Shown piece by piece: positions 36,148 through 44,356 of a DNA stretch of 64,000 bases. The position numbers and the translations under genes are program-made. The notes under the pieces are model-generated. The model searched no databases. It had not been told where the DNA came from and worked only from the letters and a program-made list of their open reading frames with translations. Numbering within the stretch: the first letter of the stretch is position 1; every line of letters starts with the position of its first letter. Location: the NCBI GenBank assembly GCA_002441305.1, contig DJVT01000014.1, positions 101,642 to 165,641 on the forward strand. The letters are read 5' to 3'. Source of the DNA: Candidatus Omnitrophica bacterium UBA6249 (GTDB lineage: Bacteria > Omnitrophota > Gorgyraeia > Gygaellales > Profunditerraquicolaceae).

Positions 36148-37251
36148 TCAAACATTTGCAAGATTGGCTTCTTGGATAGATCTTGCATCAGCTGTGTTTG
36201 GTGTCCAAATAGTGACCATTTTATGGTCTAAAACACTTACAGCCTGCATTTTATGGTTAGGAGACAGGTGGCTATATCTTAAAGTCATTTCCAATGACTT
36301 ATGCCCCAATAACTCCCTAACCGTATTCAAATCCACCCCAGCCATAACCAACCTAGAGGCAAAACTATGCCTTAAATCATGGAAGTGAAAGTTAATTATA
36401 CCTGCTTTTTCTATTGCTGACAAGAAAGATTTTTTAATATCTCCATAGGGATTACCCTGCCTGTCACCGAACACATATTCAGAATTAGTGTGCTTGGGAA
36501 TATTCATAAGGACATTAAGGACAGTTTGGTTCATTGCCACCTTCCTCCCTTCCCCATTTTTTGTGTCATATAAGCTGATATACCTATGCTCCATATTAAT
36601 ATCTTTCCATTTAAGCTTGAGGATTTCCCCCTTCCTCATTCCAGTATGCAGGGCCACAACCACTATCCTTTTGAGGTAATCATTACAATTAGGCAATAGC
36701 CTGGCTTCCTCTTCTTCTGTCAAATACCTGTCCCTTTGGTTATTTTCCTTAAACTTTTTAACATTCTTGCAGGGATTCTCTTTAGCCTTACCCCATTCAA
36801 TTGCCCTATTGAACATGGATTTCAACACTGCCAAAGACCTGTTAACTGTGCCATGTTTTACCTTCTCTGCCCTTTCGTTCTTGAACTTTAAGATATCAAC
36901 TGCCTTAATTTCACTTAGGAACTTATTACCAAAATACCTGTTGAGCAAACCTACTATCTTCTCATCAGTATAATAAGATTTCTTAGGCTTGGAATGGATT
37001 TTTAGGTAATCTTGGGAGAAATCTGAGAATTTTACCTCTGGCTCTTTCTTTATATCAAGATACTTGTGTTCAGCAATTTCCACCAATATCTTGTTCAGGG
37101 CAACTTCAGCTACAGACCTACTTAGGCCAATTCTCTTCCTGTGCCTTCTGCCATTGGCCCTGTAGTCAATCCAATATGCCCCTCTTTTAAAGACTACCCC
37201 CATCTTTTTCCTGTTTTTTGGATTATATGAGACTTTTTCAGCTTTGTCCAT
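36148..37251 (-). CDS. int: Tyrosine recombinase / phage-type integrase
   Basis: The C-terminal catalytic region has HTGMRKGE, HDLRHSFAS and LLGHKSLEMTLRYSHL. Confidence 0.9.
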   Translation of the reverse strand: MDKAEKVSYNPKNRKKMGVVFKRGAYWIDYRANGRRHRKRIGLSRSVAEVALNKILVEIAEHKYLDIKKEPEVKFSDFSQDYLKIHSKPKKSYYTDEKIVGLLNRYFGNKFLSEIKAVDILKFKNERAEKVKHGTVNRSLAVLKSMFNRAIEWGKAKENPCKNVKKFKENNQRDRYLTEEEEARLLPNCNDYLKRIVVVALHTGMRKGEILKLKWKDINMEHRYISLYDTKNGEGRKVAMNQTVLNVLMNIPKHTNSEYVFGDRQGNPYGDIKKSFLSAIEKAGIINFHFHDLRHSFASRLVMAGVDLNTVRELLGHKSLEMTLRYSHLSPNHKMQAVSVLDHKMVTIWTPNTADARSIQEANLANV

Positions 37252-37441
37252 GAAAATCCTCGTCGATAACAGGGCATTCTTTCTTCCTAAGCCAAAACTC
37301 TAATTTCCTTGGGTCAAACCTTACAGCTCTTCCAACCTTGTAAAAAGGGATCTTCCCCAGCTTCACCCATGCATAAATTGTATGGATGGATAAACCCAGG
37401 TAAACAGCTGTTTCTTTAGGATTAAGGAAACGTTTTTCCAT
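37238..37441 (-). CDS. Excisionase-type (MerR-like) HTH DNA-binding protein
   Basis: LNPKETAVYLGLSIHTIYAWVKLGKIPFYKVGRAVRF. It overlaps the int start by 14 nt. Confidence 0.75.
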   Translation of the reverse strand: MEKRFLNPKETAVYLGLSIHTIYAWVKLGKIPFYKVGRAVRFDPRKLEFWLRKKECPVIDEDFHGQS

Positions 37442-37462
37442 GTCTATTTTAGAGGTATTTAT

Positions 37463-37509
37463 GGTATTAATGGTATTTGTAGCTTAATAACATAAATACC
37501 ATTAATACC
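37463..37509. repeat. Perfect 16-bp inverted repeat GGTATTAATGGTATTT / AAATACCATTAATACC with a 15-nt spacer
   Basis: The arms are at 37463-37478 and 37494-37509. They are built from (A/T)AATACC heptamers. Confidence 0.8.
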
Positions 37510-37516
37510 AACAATA

Positions 37517-38914
37517 CTAAGCTATGCCATATCTCTGTAGTATATTAAGCAATTTCCCTTTATGTATCCAATAACCTCTTGTTGGTTTTCCATTGATATT
37601 TTCTTGTTTTCCCTTACCTATGTTCAAAGAACTGACTAATTTCCCTACAAACCTAGGCACAAACCAGTTTGGCCTATTAGTTTCTTCATAGCCTAATCTC
37701 TCCATAAAAGTTGAATATATACTTTGTGAACTTATGAATTGCCTATCCTCAAACTTCCTAAGGGCAAATCTTCCATCCTCATACATTTCTTTAATTGTTG
37801 AAAGCAACTTTCTATCAAACAATTCATCTACTTCTGCTATTCGATCTTCGGTCTTTTCTTTAGCAAGGCCTACCATTTCCTCTAAAAGAACATCATCAAT
37901 TAAATAAGCTAAAGCAAAAATGGGTTGCCACATTAAAAAATAGTATCCCCTTAAACCAAAATCCTTCCTCTGCATTCTCCCTTTTGCCTCTTTGACATCC
38001 TCATAACAACCTAATGTGAATTTATATAATTCATCTCTGATTCTTTGCCACACTGAGTCTTCTTCCCTAGGATAATTGTTAGCTTTATCCCCTCTAGAAG
38101 GAGACATATTAAACAAAATACATCGATTCTTAAGTGCCTCCTCATTAATACCATAGATATTAGCGATCATCTTAGGAGAATAAACTTCATAATGTCTTGG
38201 CATTATTCTCTGGTCCTTTCCTTTATCAGAACGAATTACCTTGGCCCCCTTCTTAAAACCAGCCCTAAGCAACCCAAGAAGGATACCCTCCTCTTTTGTA
38301 TTGGCTGCTTTCTCAAGTTCATCAAGAAGGATAGTGCCTCTTGAACACTCAACAACCCTATATATGCTTGCATCTGATATATTAGCAGTATTAATAGCAT
38401 TAAACGCAACCCGTTCTGTTACATCAATTGTCTTAGATTTACCAGATCCAGACGGGCCATTAAGAAGCGGGATTGGATAAGCATCAAAAAGTGGGAAAAA
38501 ATATGTACCCATAACCCATAAAGCCATATAGCTATACATTCTTGGGTCTGGATAATCTAAATATTGTTCATATTTTCTTTTAATTATCCTAAATATCTTC
38601 CTAGGATGAGAGGGATAATCTTCCCCCCTTAGCCATTTTTCAATACTAGAATAGCTCCACCTTCCTTCCTTTAAATAACAATTGCTAGATTTAAACAGCC
38701 CCCTACTAAGAAGCTCTTCATTTGAAAGAAGGAATTTTTCCCTTTTGCTTGTTATTAACCAATACTTAAAAGATGTTTCTTTACTTCCATTTTCATTAAT
38801 TTCAGTTTGGAGTGGCACAGCCACAATTGCTAAACCATTAGCAAAATCAAGAGCAGGATGAATCTTTGTTAATTCTCCTTCAACCACCCTCACTTCCACA
38901 TAATCACCCTTCAT
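37517..38914 (-). CDS. DUF3631-like P-loop ATPase (replication/helicase-loader-like), homologous to the C-terminal half of the 7524-10007 protein
   Basis: LLNGPSGSGKSKT, LLDELEKA and EVYSPKMIANI align by eye with NAEKGSGKT, FIDEVEQL and SAYSPKMFAGI in the other protein. ATG 38914 has the SD AGGAGG; the track start is 38971. Confidence 0.7.
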   Translation of the reverse strand: MKGDYVEVRVVEGELTKIHPALDFANGLAIVAVPLQTEINENGSKETSFKYWLITSKREKFLLSNEELLSRGLFKSSNCYLKEGRWSYSSIEKWLRGEDYPSHPRKIFRIIKRKYEQYLDYPDPRMYSYMALWVMGTYFFPLFDAYPIPLLNGPSGSGKSKTIDVTERVAFNAINTANISDASIYRVVECSRGTILLDELEKAANTKEEGILLGLLRAGFKKGAKVIRSDKGKDQRIMPRHYEVYSPKMIANIYGINEEALKNRCILFNMSPSRGDKANNYPREEDSVWQRIRDELYKFTLGCYEDVKEAKGRMQRKDFGLRGYYFLMWQPIFALAYLIDDVLLEEMVGLAKEKTEDRIAEVDELFDRKLLSTIKEMYEDGRFALRKFEDRQFISSQSIYSTFMERLGYEETNRPNWFVPRFVGKLVSSLNIGKGKQENINGKPTRGYWIHKGKLLNILQRYGIA

Positions 38915-39069
38915 CTTTCCTCCTACGTTAAAAAAATTAATAAGGTTATCCCAATAAAAAAGGGCCTTCACGGAAGTATGAATCTTTGCACTTCCAATGA
39001 GACCCTTCGGCTGATGTTAACTCATTTAAAACAAAATTTGGAACTTAATGCCTAAAGGTAAATAGTTTC

Positions 39070-39348
39070 TTACTTCATAATGACCCCCTCTTTTATTAAT
39101 TGTTTCATAGCCAATTTAGAAGGTATACTCTTTGCCTTCTCCCAACGGATTACTGCTAATCTTCCAACACCTAACTTTTTAGCTAAATCCTCCTGAGATA
39201 AACCATTTTTAATCCTATAGCCTTTTACCTTGGAAGCTAAATAAGATTTCCTTGCTTCATCTTTCAAGCCCTTTCCACCTCTAGTAGCTTTTTCAATTTG
39301 ACCTTGGATATCTTTAAGATTTTTAAGTAAAATTGATAACCTAGCCAT
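39070..39348 (-). CDS. XRE-family HTH protein (92 aa)
   Basis: LSQEDLAKKLGVGRLAVIRWEKAK is an HTH. Confidence 0.7.
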   Translation of the reverse strand: MARLSILLKNLKDIQGQIEKATRGGKGLKDEARKSYLASKVKGYRIKNGLSQEDLAKKLGVGRLAVIRWEKAKSIPSKLAMKQLIKEGVIMK

Positions 39349-39366
39349 ATCTCTCCTTTGTATTCA

Positions 39367-39395
39367 AGCATACACTAAATAATACATAATGTCAA
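39367..39395 (-). promoter_or_regulatory. Sigma70-type promoter for the 39348 HTH gene
   Basis: The minus strand reads TTGACA (39390-39395)-17 nt-TATGCT (39367-39372). Confidence 0.45.
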
Positions 39396-39510
39396 GTAAT
39401 TTTTTTATTTCTAAATGTTCTATATTATAGGGTTCTAAACTACCCTGTATTTTGGCGCATAAGCTAGTAAATTTGCACAATGTGATTCCAAATGCAATAT
39501 ACCGCCGGTA

Positions 39511-39551
39511 TAAAAATAACAGGCCTTAAAATGGCTATTTTGGCCTTTTTT
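39511..39551 (-). terminator. Hairpin terminator, potentially bidirectional, downstream of the TPR gene
   Basis: AGGCC-TT-AAAAT-GGCT-ATTTT-GGCCT, flanked by an A-run on one side and a T-run on the other. Confidence 0.45.
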
Positions 39552-39669
39552 ATAGCTAAAGCAATTGGGTATGGATAAAACTAGCTATGATTTCAGTTAT
39601 TCCATTAATTACTATTCACTTGCAAGATTATTTAAGGTAGGAATAAACTAAAGATTGGGAGGTTATTTT

Positions 39670-40410
39670 TCAGGATTTCTCATCTCCTAAATAAGGGCTA
39701 ATTTCCTTGACTATTTCTTCTGACCCATACATTTCAGGGTCTAATTTTAAACATTTCATATAATCTTCTTTTGCTTCTTTATGCCTTCCCAGTTTTCCAT
39801 AAAGTAGGCTACGTTGATAATAATATGTGGATAGGTTTACCACTCCCAAATTATCATCAGGTTTTATTTTTAAGGAAATCTCAGAATCCCTAATTGCTGA
39901 ATCAAAATCCTTCTTCATAGAATAAACAAAGGCCCTACTATTGAAAGATTCATAATCAGATGGATTAAGTTCTATAGCTCTACTAAAATTGCAAATGGAT
40001 TTATCCCATTCCTCTATTTTTGAATAACAATACCCCAAATTATAGTAGGTTCTTTGGCTGTTACGATCAAGCTTGATAACCCGATTGAGATAATTAATGG
40101 CTCCTCTAAAATCACCTCTACCTGTGCAATTATTAGCTAGCCTTTCCAACTGATGTTCATTAAGCTTAGCGTCCCTATAAAAAAACTCTATATATGTCCC
40201 AACAATAATACCTATTATGAAAGAAAAAATAACAGAGAATGCTCCTTTATCTATCAATTCTCTATAAGTTAAATATCTACCAGTCTCAGCATCTACAGCA
40301 AAATCTTTAGCAATAAGATAATGCGCGACTTTAAATACTATGATAACCCCTATGGTTATACCAATACCCAAGAAGATTTTCTTTATTATTGGCTTATATT
40401 TGTTGAGCAT
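39670..40410 (-). CDS. Membrane-anchored TPR-repeat protein (246 aa)
   Basis: Two N-terminal TM segments, followed by TPR-like repeats (AINYLNRVIKLDRNSQRTYYNLGYCY..., AIELNPSDYESFNSRAFVY...). Confidence 0.75.
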   Translation of the reverse strand: MLNKYKPIIKKIFLGIGITIGVIIVFKVAHYLIAKDFAVDAETGRYLTYRELIDKGAFSVIFSFIIGIIVGTYIEFFYRDAKLNEHQLERLANNCTGRGDFRGAINYLNRVIKLDRNSQRTYYNLGYCYSKIEEWDKSICNFSRAIELNPSDYESFNSRAFVYSMKKDFDSAIRDSEISLKIKPDDNLGVVNLSTYYYQRSLLYGKLGRHKEAKEDYMKCLKLDPEMYGSEEIVKEISPYLGDEKS

Positions 40411-40438
40411 AGCTTATCTCTATTAATACAAATATTTG

Positions 40439-40807
40439 TTATTTTGCCTCTTCTTTAATGATGTGGTGATAAATCTCCTCTTGCGACCTGTCAGGCATTA
40501 ATGTGCCATAATCCCCAGGCTGACCATAAAAAACAAGTTTGCCATCCTCAAATTGAAGCCAATAAGTCACATTCCCAGTCAAGCCATTGGCTGTAGGATA
40601 GCTTGGGGCATATAGTGTATATTCCCATGTTTCAATAAGCTTGCTATCTTGAGATCTAGCCTGGGCTCTTAATAAATAAGGCTTACCAACTATTTTCTGC
40701 ACTTCATCCTTAGACATACCCATTTTAAGTAGAGATATTTTATTAGCTGATAAGGTAGCACAGCCCATCATAAACAATATCATTACGAATAAAATCAATC
40801 TTTTCAT
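40439..40807 (-). CDS. Lipoprotein with a BamE/SmpA-like fold
   Basis: Lipobox LFMMGC. GMSKDEVQKIVGKPY is typical of BamE-like domains. Confidence 0.65.
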   Translation of the reverse strand: MKRLILFVMILFMMGCATLSANKISLLKMGMSKDEVQKIVGKPYLLRAQARSQDSKLIETWEYTLYAPSYPTANGLTGNVTYWLQFEDGKLVFYGQPGDYGTLMPDRSQEEIYHHIIKEEAK

Positions 40808-40921
40808 GCTATCTCCTTTCTCTTATTACTAAGATTATATCACCTAATATATTTGGTGTAAATGGTTAACACCGACAATAGTAGGTGGTAAATATTAAGG
40901 CTCTATTAGACAATATAGCCA

Positions 40922-41134
40922 ATGGAAAATATCAATATTAGATTTGGTAAAAAATTGAGGGGCTTAAGAAAAAAACACCAACTAACTCAGGAAGAACTTT
41001 CTGAAGCTTCAGGATTGGACTATAAATATATTCAAAGACTAGAAAGCAATAAACCTTCTTCCCCTACCTTGAACTCATTACAGAAACTTGCTAAGGCTTT
41101 TAAAATTACTTGTTCTCAATTGTTAAAAATTTAA
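40922..41134 (+). CDS. XRE-family HTH regulator (70 aa); the only plus-strand gene of the island
   Basis: LTQEELSEASGLDYKYIQRLESNK is an HTH. The gene is convergent with the ABC ATPase gene. Confidence 0.75.
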   Translation: MENINIRFGKKLRGLRKKHQLTQEELSEASGLDYKYIQRLESNKPSSPTLNSLQKLAKAFKITCSQLLKI

Positions 41135-41150
41135 GTTTCTATCCAGTGTT

Positions 41151-42917
41151 TTAAAAGTTGAATTTAAACAGCTTTTGTGTAGGAGTATAAACTGCAACGG
41201 CTTCTTGCTCTATCTTTTCAGAAGAAACCTGATCAGTGTCTCCAAAATCATGAGACAAAGTTCCTTCTTCATTGAGTGTCAAGATATACTGGAATCTATT
41301 CCCCTCCTTTTTCTTCTGCTCAAGAAAAGTATAGAGAGAAACAAAATGAGCCTTATCCATACCATCAAAAATTCCATCATGCACTAAAAATCTAGGAACA
41401 GGGATATTTTTTTTAATAGCATTAAATAATACTGTCAAATCATACACTAATGTACGTCCTTTGTTTTTCCCCTTAGAAAGAACATCAGGAAAATCGATAC
41501 CAATTTCTAACTTTGCATCTGTATTTAATTTATCACTAATTGTAAAAACAGACTGTTCTTTAGTTTCGGGATAAATTGCATTGTATATTTCATTAAAAAT
41601 TCCAGAAATCTGAGATACTTCTGTTGTTTGTATATCATCAATAAATCTTTTAACTTGGATAGCAATATCCTTATCTTTCTTTTCTAAATCTAATATTTCA
41701 TACTGAAGAGTATTGTAAGTTTTTAATTTTGCTTCTAAATCACTTAGTTTATTTTTCTTAATATTGAGCGTATAGAAGGCTTCGGTTAAATCATTAATGG
41801 CTCCTTTAGTAGAAAGGAAATTAAAAAGCTTTGTTCTCTGTTCTTCAAGACTATTAATACTATTTTCTCTTAATCTTATAGCTTCTTTCAATTTATCTAT
41901 TTCTTCTTTCATGAAATTCTCTCTAGAAATTGCAAGCTCTTTATTAAATTCAATAACTTCCTCTAGAGACTTTTTAACCTTTTCCCCCAGCAATTGATTA
42001 AACTCACTGTATATTCTTCCAATTCTAGTTTTCGAAATAGAGGGAACGGTTTTAAGACTGGCCAGGTAACTATTTATTTTATCTCTGTCAGAATAATTTT
42101 GATACCATAGGGCTTTAATTTCTTCGGTTAATTTATTGGCTTCCTGTTCAGCATCTTGATATTGTTCTCCGAGTTTAAAAGCATCTAAAGCATTTTTAAT
42201 TACTTCAACCTCTCTTTTCAGTTTATTAATCTCATTGTTTGCTTCTTTTATATCGGTTAGTGCGTAGTCTGTCTCGACAATATTTTTTACTTCCCTCAAA
42301 GCAGGAATTTTTCTCTTAAAAGACTCTTGAATCTTAAAATTATCTACCACAATTGAGTTATCAATATTCATCAGATAAAGATGGACTTGGTTTAGTTCTG
42401 CTGTAGACATCTCTTTGATATATTGTATAGGATCTAAGAATTTTGATGTCTTATGTTTCTGGATTTTTAGAAAGAATAACATTAAAGTTCTAAACCATTT
42501 CCCTTCTATCTTGCCTGGGTATTCCCTGTTGCTAAATAATAAGATAAATAACTTTGATTTTGCCTCGCTAAGAGGATATGTTGTGATTGCTCCGATTTGA
42601 CCATATTCAATTTCATTTGGATTGTTTGTATTCCTTTTAATGATAAATTCTTGACCGTTTACTTCAAACTCAAGCACTATTTTATATGAACTTATCTTTG
42701 GACTAGCAAGGGAAAGACGAGGATTGTGTTTTTCTTGAAATGAGGAGAGAAGACAAAAGTCTAATAGATCAAGTAAAGTAGATTTTCCAATACCGTTTAA
42801 GGATTTTTTGGGATCTCCTTTACGATCTTTCTTCCCATAAATAAAATTAATCCCATCAATAAAAGTGATGGAATTAAAGAGTCCTGTTGGTTCAGAGTAG
42901 AGACGTTTTAAAAACAT
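41151..42917 (-). CDS. Coiled-coil ABC ATPase, DUF2326 / LmuB-like (ABC-3C-type)
   Basis: The N-terminal Walker A is SLNGIGKST. A ~300-aa K/E/L-rich coiled-coil middle follows. The C-terminus has RFLVHDGIFDGMD (Walker B/D-loop-like) and QYILTLNE. Confidence 0.75.
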   Translation of the reverse strand: MFLKRLYSEPTGLFNSITFIDGINFIYGKKDRKGDPKKSLNGIGKSTLLDLLDFCLLSSFQEKHNPRLSLASPKISSYKIVLEFEVNGQEFIIKRNTNNPNEIEYGQIGAITTYPLSEAKSKLFILLFSNREYPGKIEGKWFRTLMLFFLKIQKHKTSKFLDPIQYIKEMSTAELNQVHLYLMNIDNSIVVDNFKIQESFKRKIPALREVKNIVETDYALTDIKEANNEINKLKREVEVIKNALDAFKLGEQYQDAEQEANKLTEEIKALWYQNYSDRDKINSYLASLKTVPSISKTRIGRIYSEFNQLLGEKVKKSLEEVIEFNKELAISRENFMKEEIDKLKEAIRLRENSINSLEEQRTKLFNFLSTKGAINDLTEAFYTLNIKKNKLSDLEAKLKTYNTLQYEILDLEKKDKDIAIQVKRFIDDIQTTEVSQISGIFNEIYNAIYPETKEQSVFTISDKLNTDAKLEIGIDFPDVLSKGKNKGRTLVYDLTVLFNAIKKNIPVPRFLVHDGIFDGMDKAHFVSLYTFLEQKKKEGNRFQYILTLNEEGTLSHDFGDTDQVSSEKIEQEAVAVYTPTQKLFKFNF

Positions 42918-43144
42918 TACTCTTTTCTTAAGTAAATTTGATAATCATTAAGTTCAATTATATTAGCTACCCACAATGTAGTTAGAATATCATGGAACCG
43001 AACTACATCAAGACCCGAAGCAAGTTTAACTTCTTGATAGAGAGTTTCAATGTTATATGGTTTTCTTTTTAGGATCTGGATTACTCCTGCCCCTAGAACC
43101 AAAAGATTCATTTTTAAATCTTCGTTTTTTCTAGGAATAAGCAT
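42917..43144 (-). CDS. Small middle-component-like protein (75 aa)
   Basis: It is translationally coupled on both sides (TAGATG upstream, TAATG downstream). Its size and position match the ABC-3C middle component / LmuC. Confidence 0.55.
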   Translation of the reverse strand: MLIPRKNEDLKMNLLVLGAGVIQILKRKPYNIETLYQEVKLASGLDVVRFHDILTTLWVANIIELNDYQIYLRKE

Positions 43145-43744
43145 CTATTGCTTTCTGTCTTTTTCTTTTGACGTTTTCTTACCAATATCACAGAATTCAA
43201 AGAAATGCAACACTAATGCTTTGGCATTAGATAAATAAAGAGGGTTGGTCTTTTGTTTTTCAGGCACAAAATTCTTTGCTAATTCTTCAATTATACTTAT
43301 ACTTTCAATCGCTGAATTAGTTGCAGACACATTTTTGACTCTACAATATTCTGATTGAACTAACTCTAGAAGACTTAATACTTCCATCGGGCTAGATTGA
43401 TATTTCTGTTTGAGGAATTTTTCAGACAATGTCTTTTGGGTCCAAACATTCATAACCATTTCTTCAATACGCCTAATTTGATCAGATTGAAAATTAATTT
43501 GTATTTTTTCCTGGAGACAAACAAAATCTTCGCTTAATTCTACGTCCTCTTTTGAATTAAATTCTTTATTAGAAGCTATTATATGGTTATAAATTTCTTC
43601 TATGATTCCCCAATCCTGTTCTTCTTTTTTACTAATACTAAGATACAAATTTGTATCTCTCCCGGAGGCAACATTGTTATTTCCATTTATATTTATTCCT
43701 TCATTATTATTTACCAATGTTTGTATCTCCTCCTGAAAGAACAT
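43145..43744 (-). CDS. 199-aa protein in the effector position of the ABC-3C-like operon, with no recognisable catalytic domain
   Basis: It is the first long gene of the coupled trio, with an Asn/Gly-rich N-terminus (NNNEGININGNNNVASGRDTN) and a helical remainder. Confidence 0.55.
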   Translation of the reverse strand: MFFQEEIQTLVNNNEGININGNNNVASGRDTNLYLSISKKEEQDWGIIEEIYNHIIASNKEFNSKEDVELSEDFVCLQEKIQINFQSDQIRRIEEMVMNVWTQKTLSEKFLKQKYQSSPMEVLSLLELVQSEYCRVKNVSATNSAIESISIIEELAKNFVPEKQKTNPLYLSNAKALVLHFFEFCDIGKKTSKEKDRKQ

Positions 43745-43874
43745 TCTTATTGCCTCTTACATTTTGTTTCACATTTAGATTATAATTTTTTTCAAGAGAA
43801 TTGACTTTAAATAAAGCAATACAGCTAATCACTAAAGAACCAATAGAGGCCAAATTGGCTAATATATTAAGCAT
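43707..43874 (-). CDS. Candidate 55-aa single-TM peptide (below the ORF-track cutoff)
   Basis: ATG 43874 is preceded by the SD GGAGAAGG. The sequence is MLNILANLASIGSLVISCIALFKV...NVRGNKNVLSGGDTNIGK. It overlaps the 199-aa gene by 38 nt in another frame. Confidence 0.35.
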   Translation of the reverse strand: MLNILANLASIGSLVISCIALFKVNSLEKNYNLNVKQNVRGNKNVLSGGDTNIGK

Positions 43875-43922
43875 CTTAACCTTCTCCTTCTACTTTAAAT
43901 AAGACTTTAATGTCAGTTTTTT

Positions 43923-43950
43923 ATTATATCACTCTGCTTTTTGTATACAA
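43923..43950 (-). promoter_or_regulatory. Extended -10 promoter for the ABC-3C-like operon
   Basis: The minus strand reads TTGTAT-16 nt-(TGA)TATAAT, with a perfect -10 at 43923-43928. Confidence 0.4.
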
Positions 43951-44064
43951 GCAAATCTCAAGACAATAATTTTGTTCTTTAGAGGACGTTTTGAGGAATC
44001 TCTAGTGGATGGCTTTATACCCAAGATTAATTTATTCGCTGGTAGACAAACAGTAAGATATGTT

Positions 44065-44187
44065 TTATCTTACCTTAACCCAAAAATGGAAGTATTTAGC
44101 CTTTTTAGGGTAAATGATTCTACCATTTTTGTGCACGTACCTGGTAAAAATTTCTTTATACCCTGTACGTAATTCTCGCTGCTTCAT
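44065..44187 (-). CDS. Candidate 40-aa basic peptide
   Basis: ATG 44187 is preceded by the strong SD GGGAGGTGA. The sequence is MKQRELRTGYKEIFTRYVHKNGRIIYPKKAKYFHFWVKVR. Confidence 0.3.
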   Translation of the reverse strand: MKQRELRTGYKEIFTRYVHKNGRIIYPKKAKYFHFWVKVR

Positions 44188-44328
44188 CTTACCTCACCTC
44201 CCTTTGGACCAGATTGCTTAACACGCGGCCCAAATTGAAATAAAACCAAAGGGGCCCGGTAAGTACTAGCTGATCTCAGGAAAGCGAGAAATAGAAAGAA
44301 CAAGTATTGCCTACCAGCGCCAAAAATA

Positions 44329-44356
44329 AGTATATACCAAAAAACCAACTTGTCAA
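44329..44356 (-). promoter_or_regulatory. Sigma70-type promoter near the island's right end
   Basis: The minus strand reads TTGACA (44351-44356)-16 nt-TATACT (44329-44334). Confidence 0.4.
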
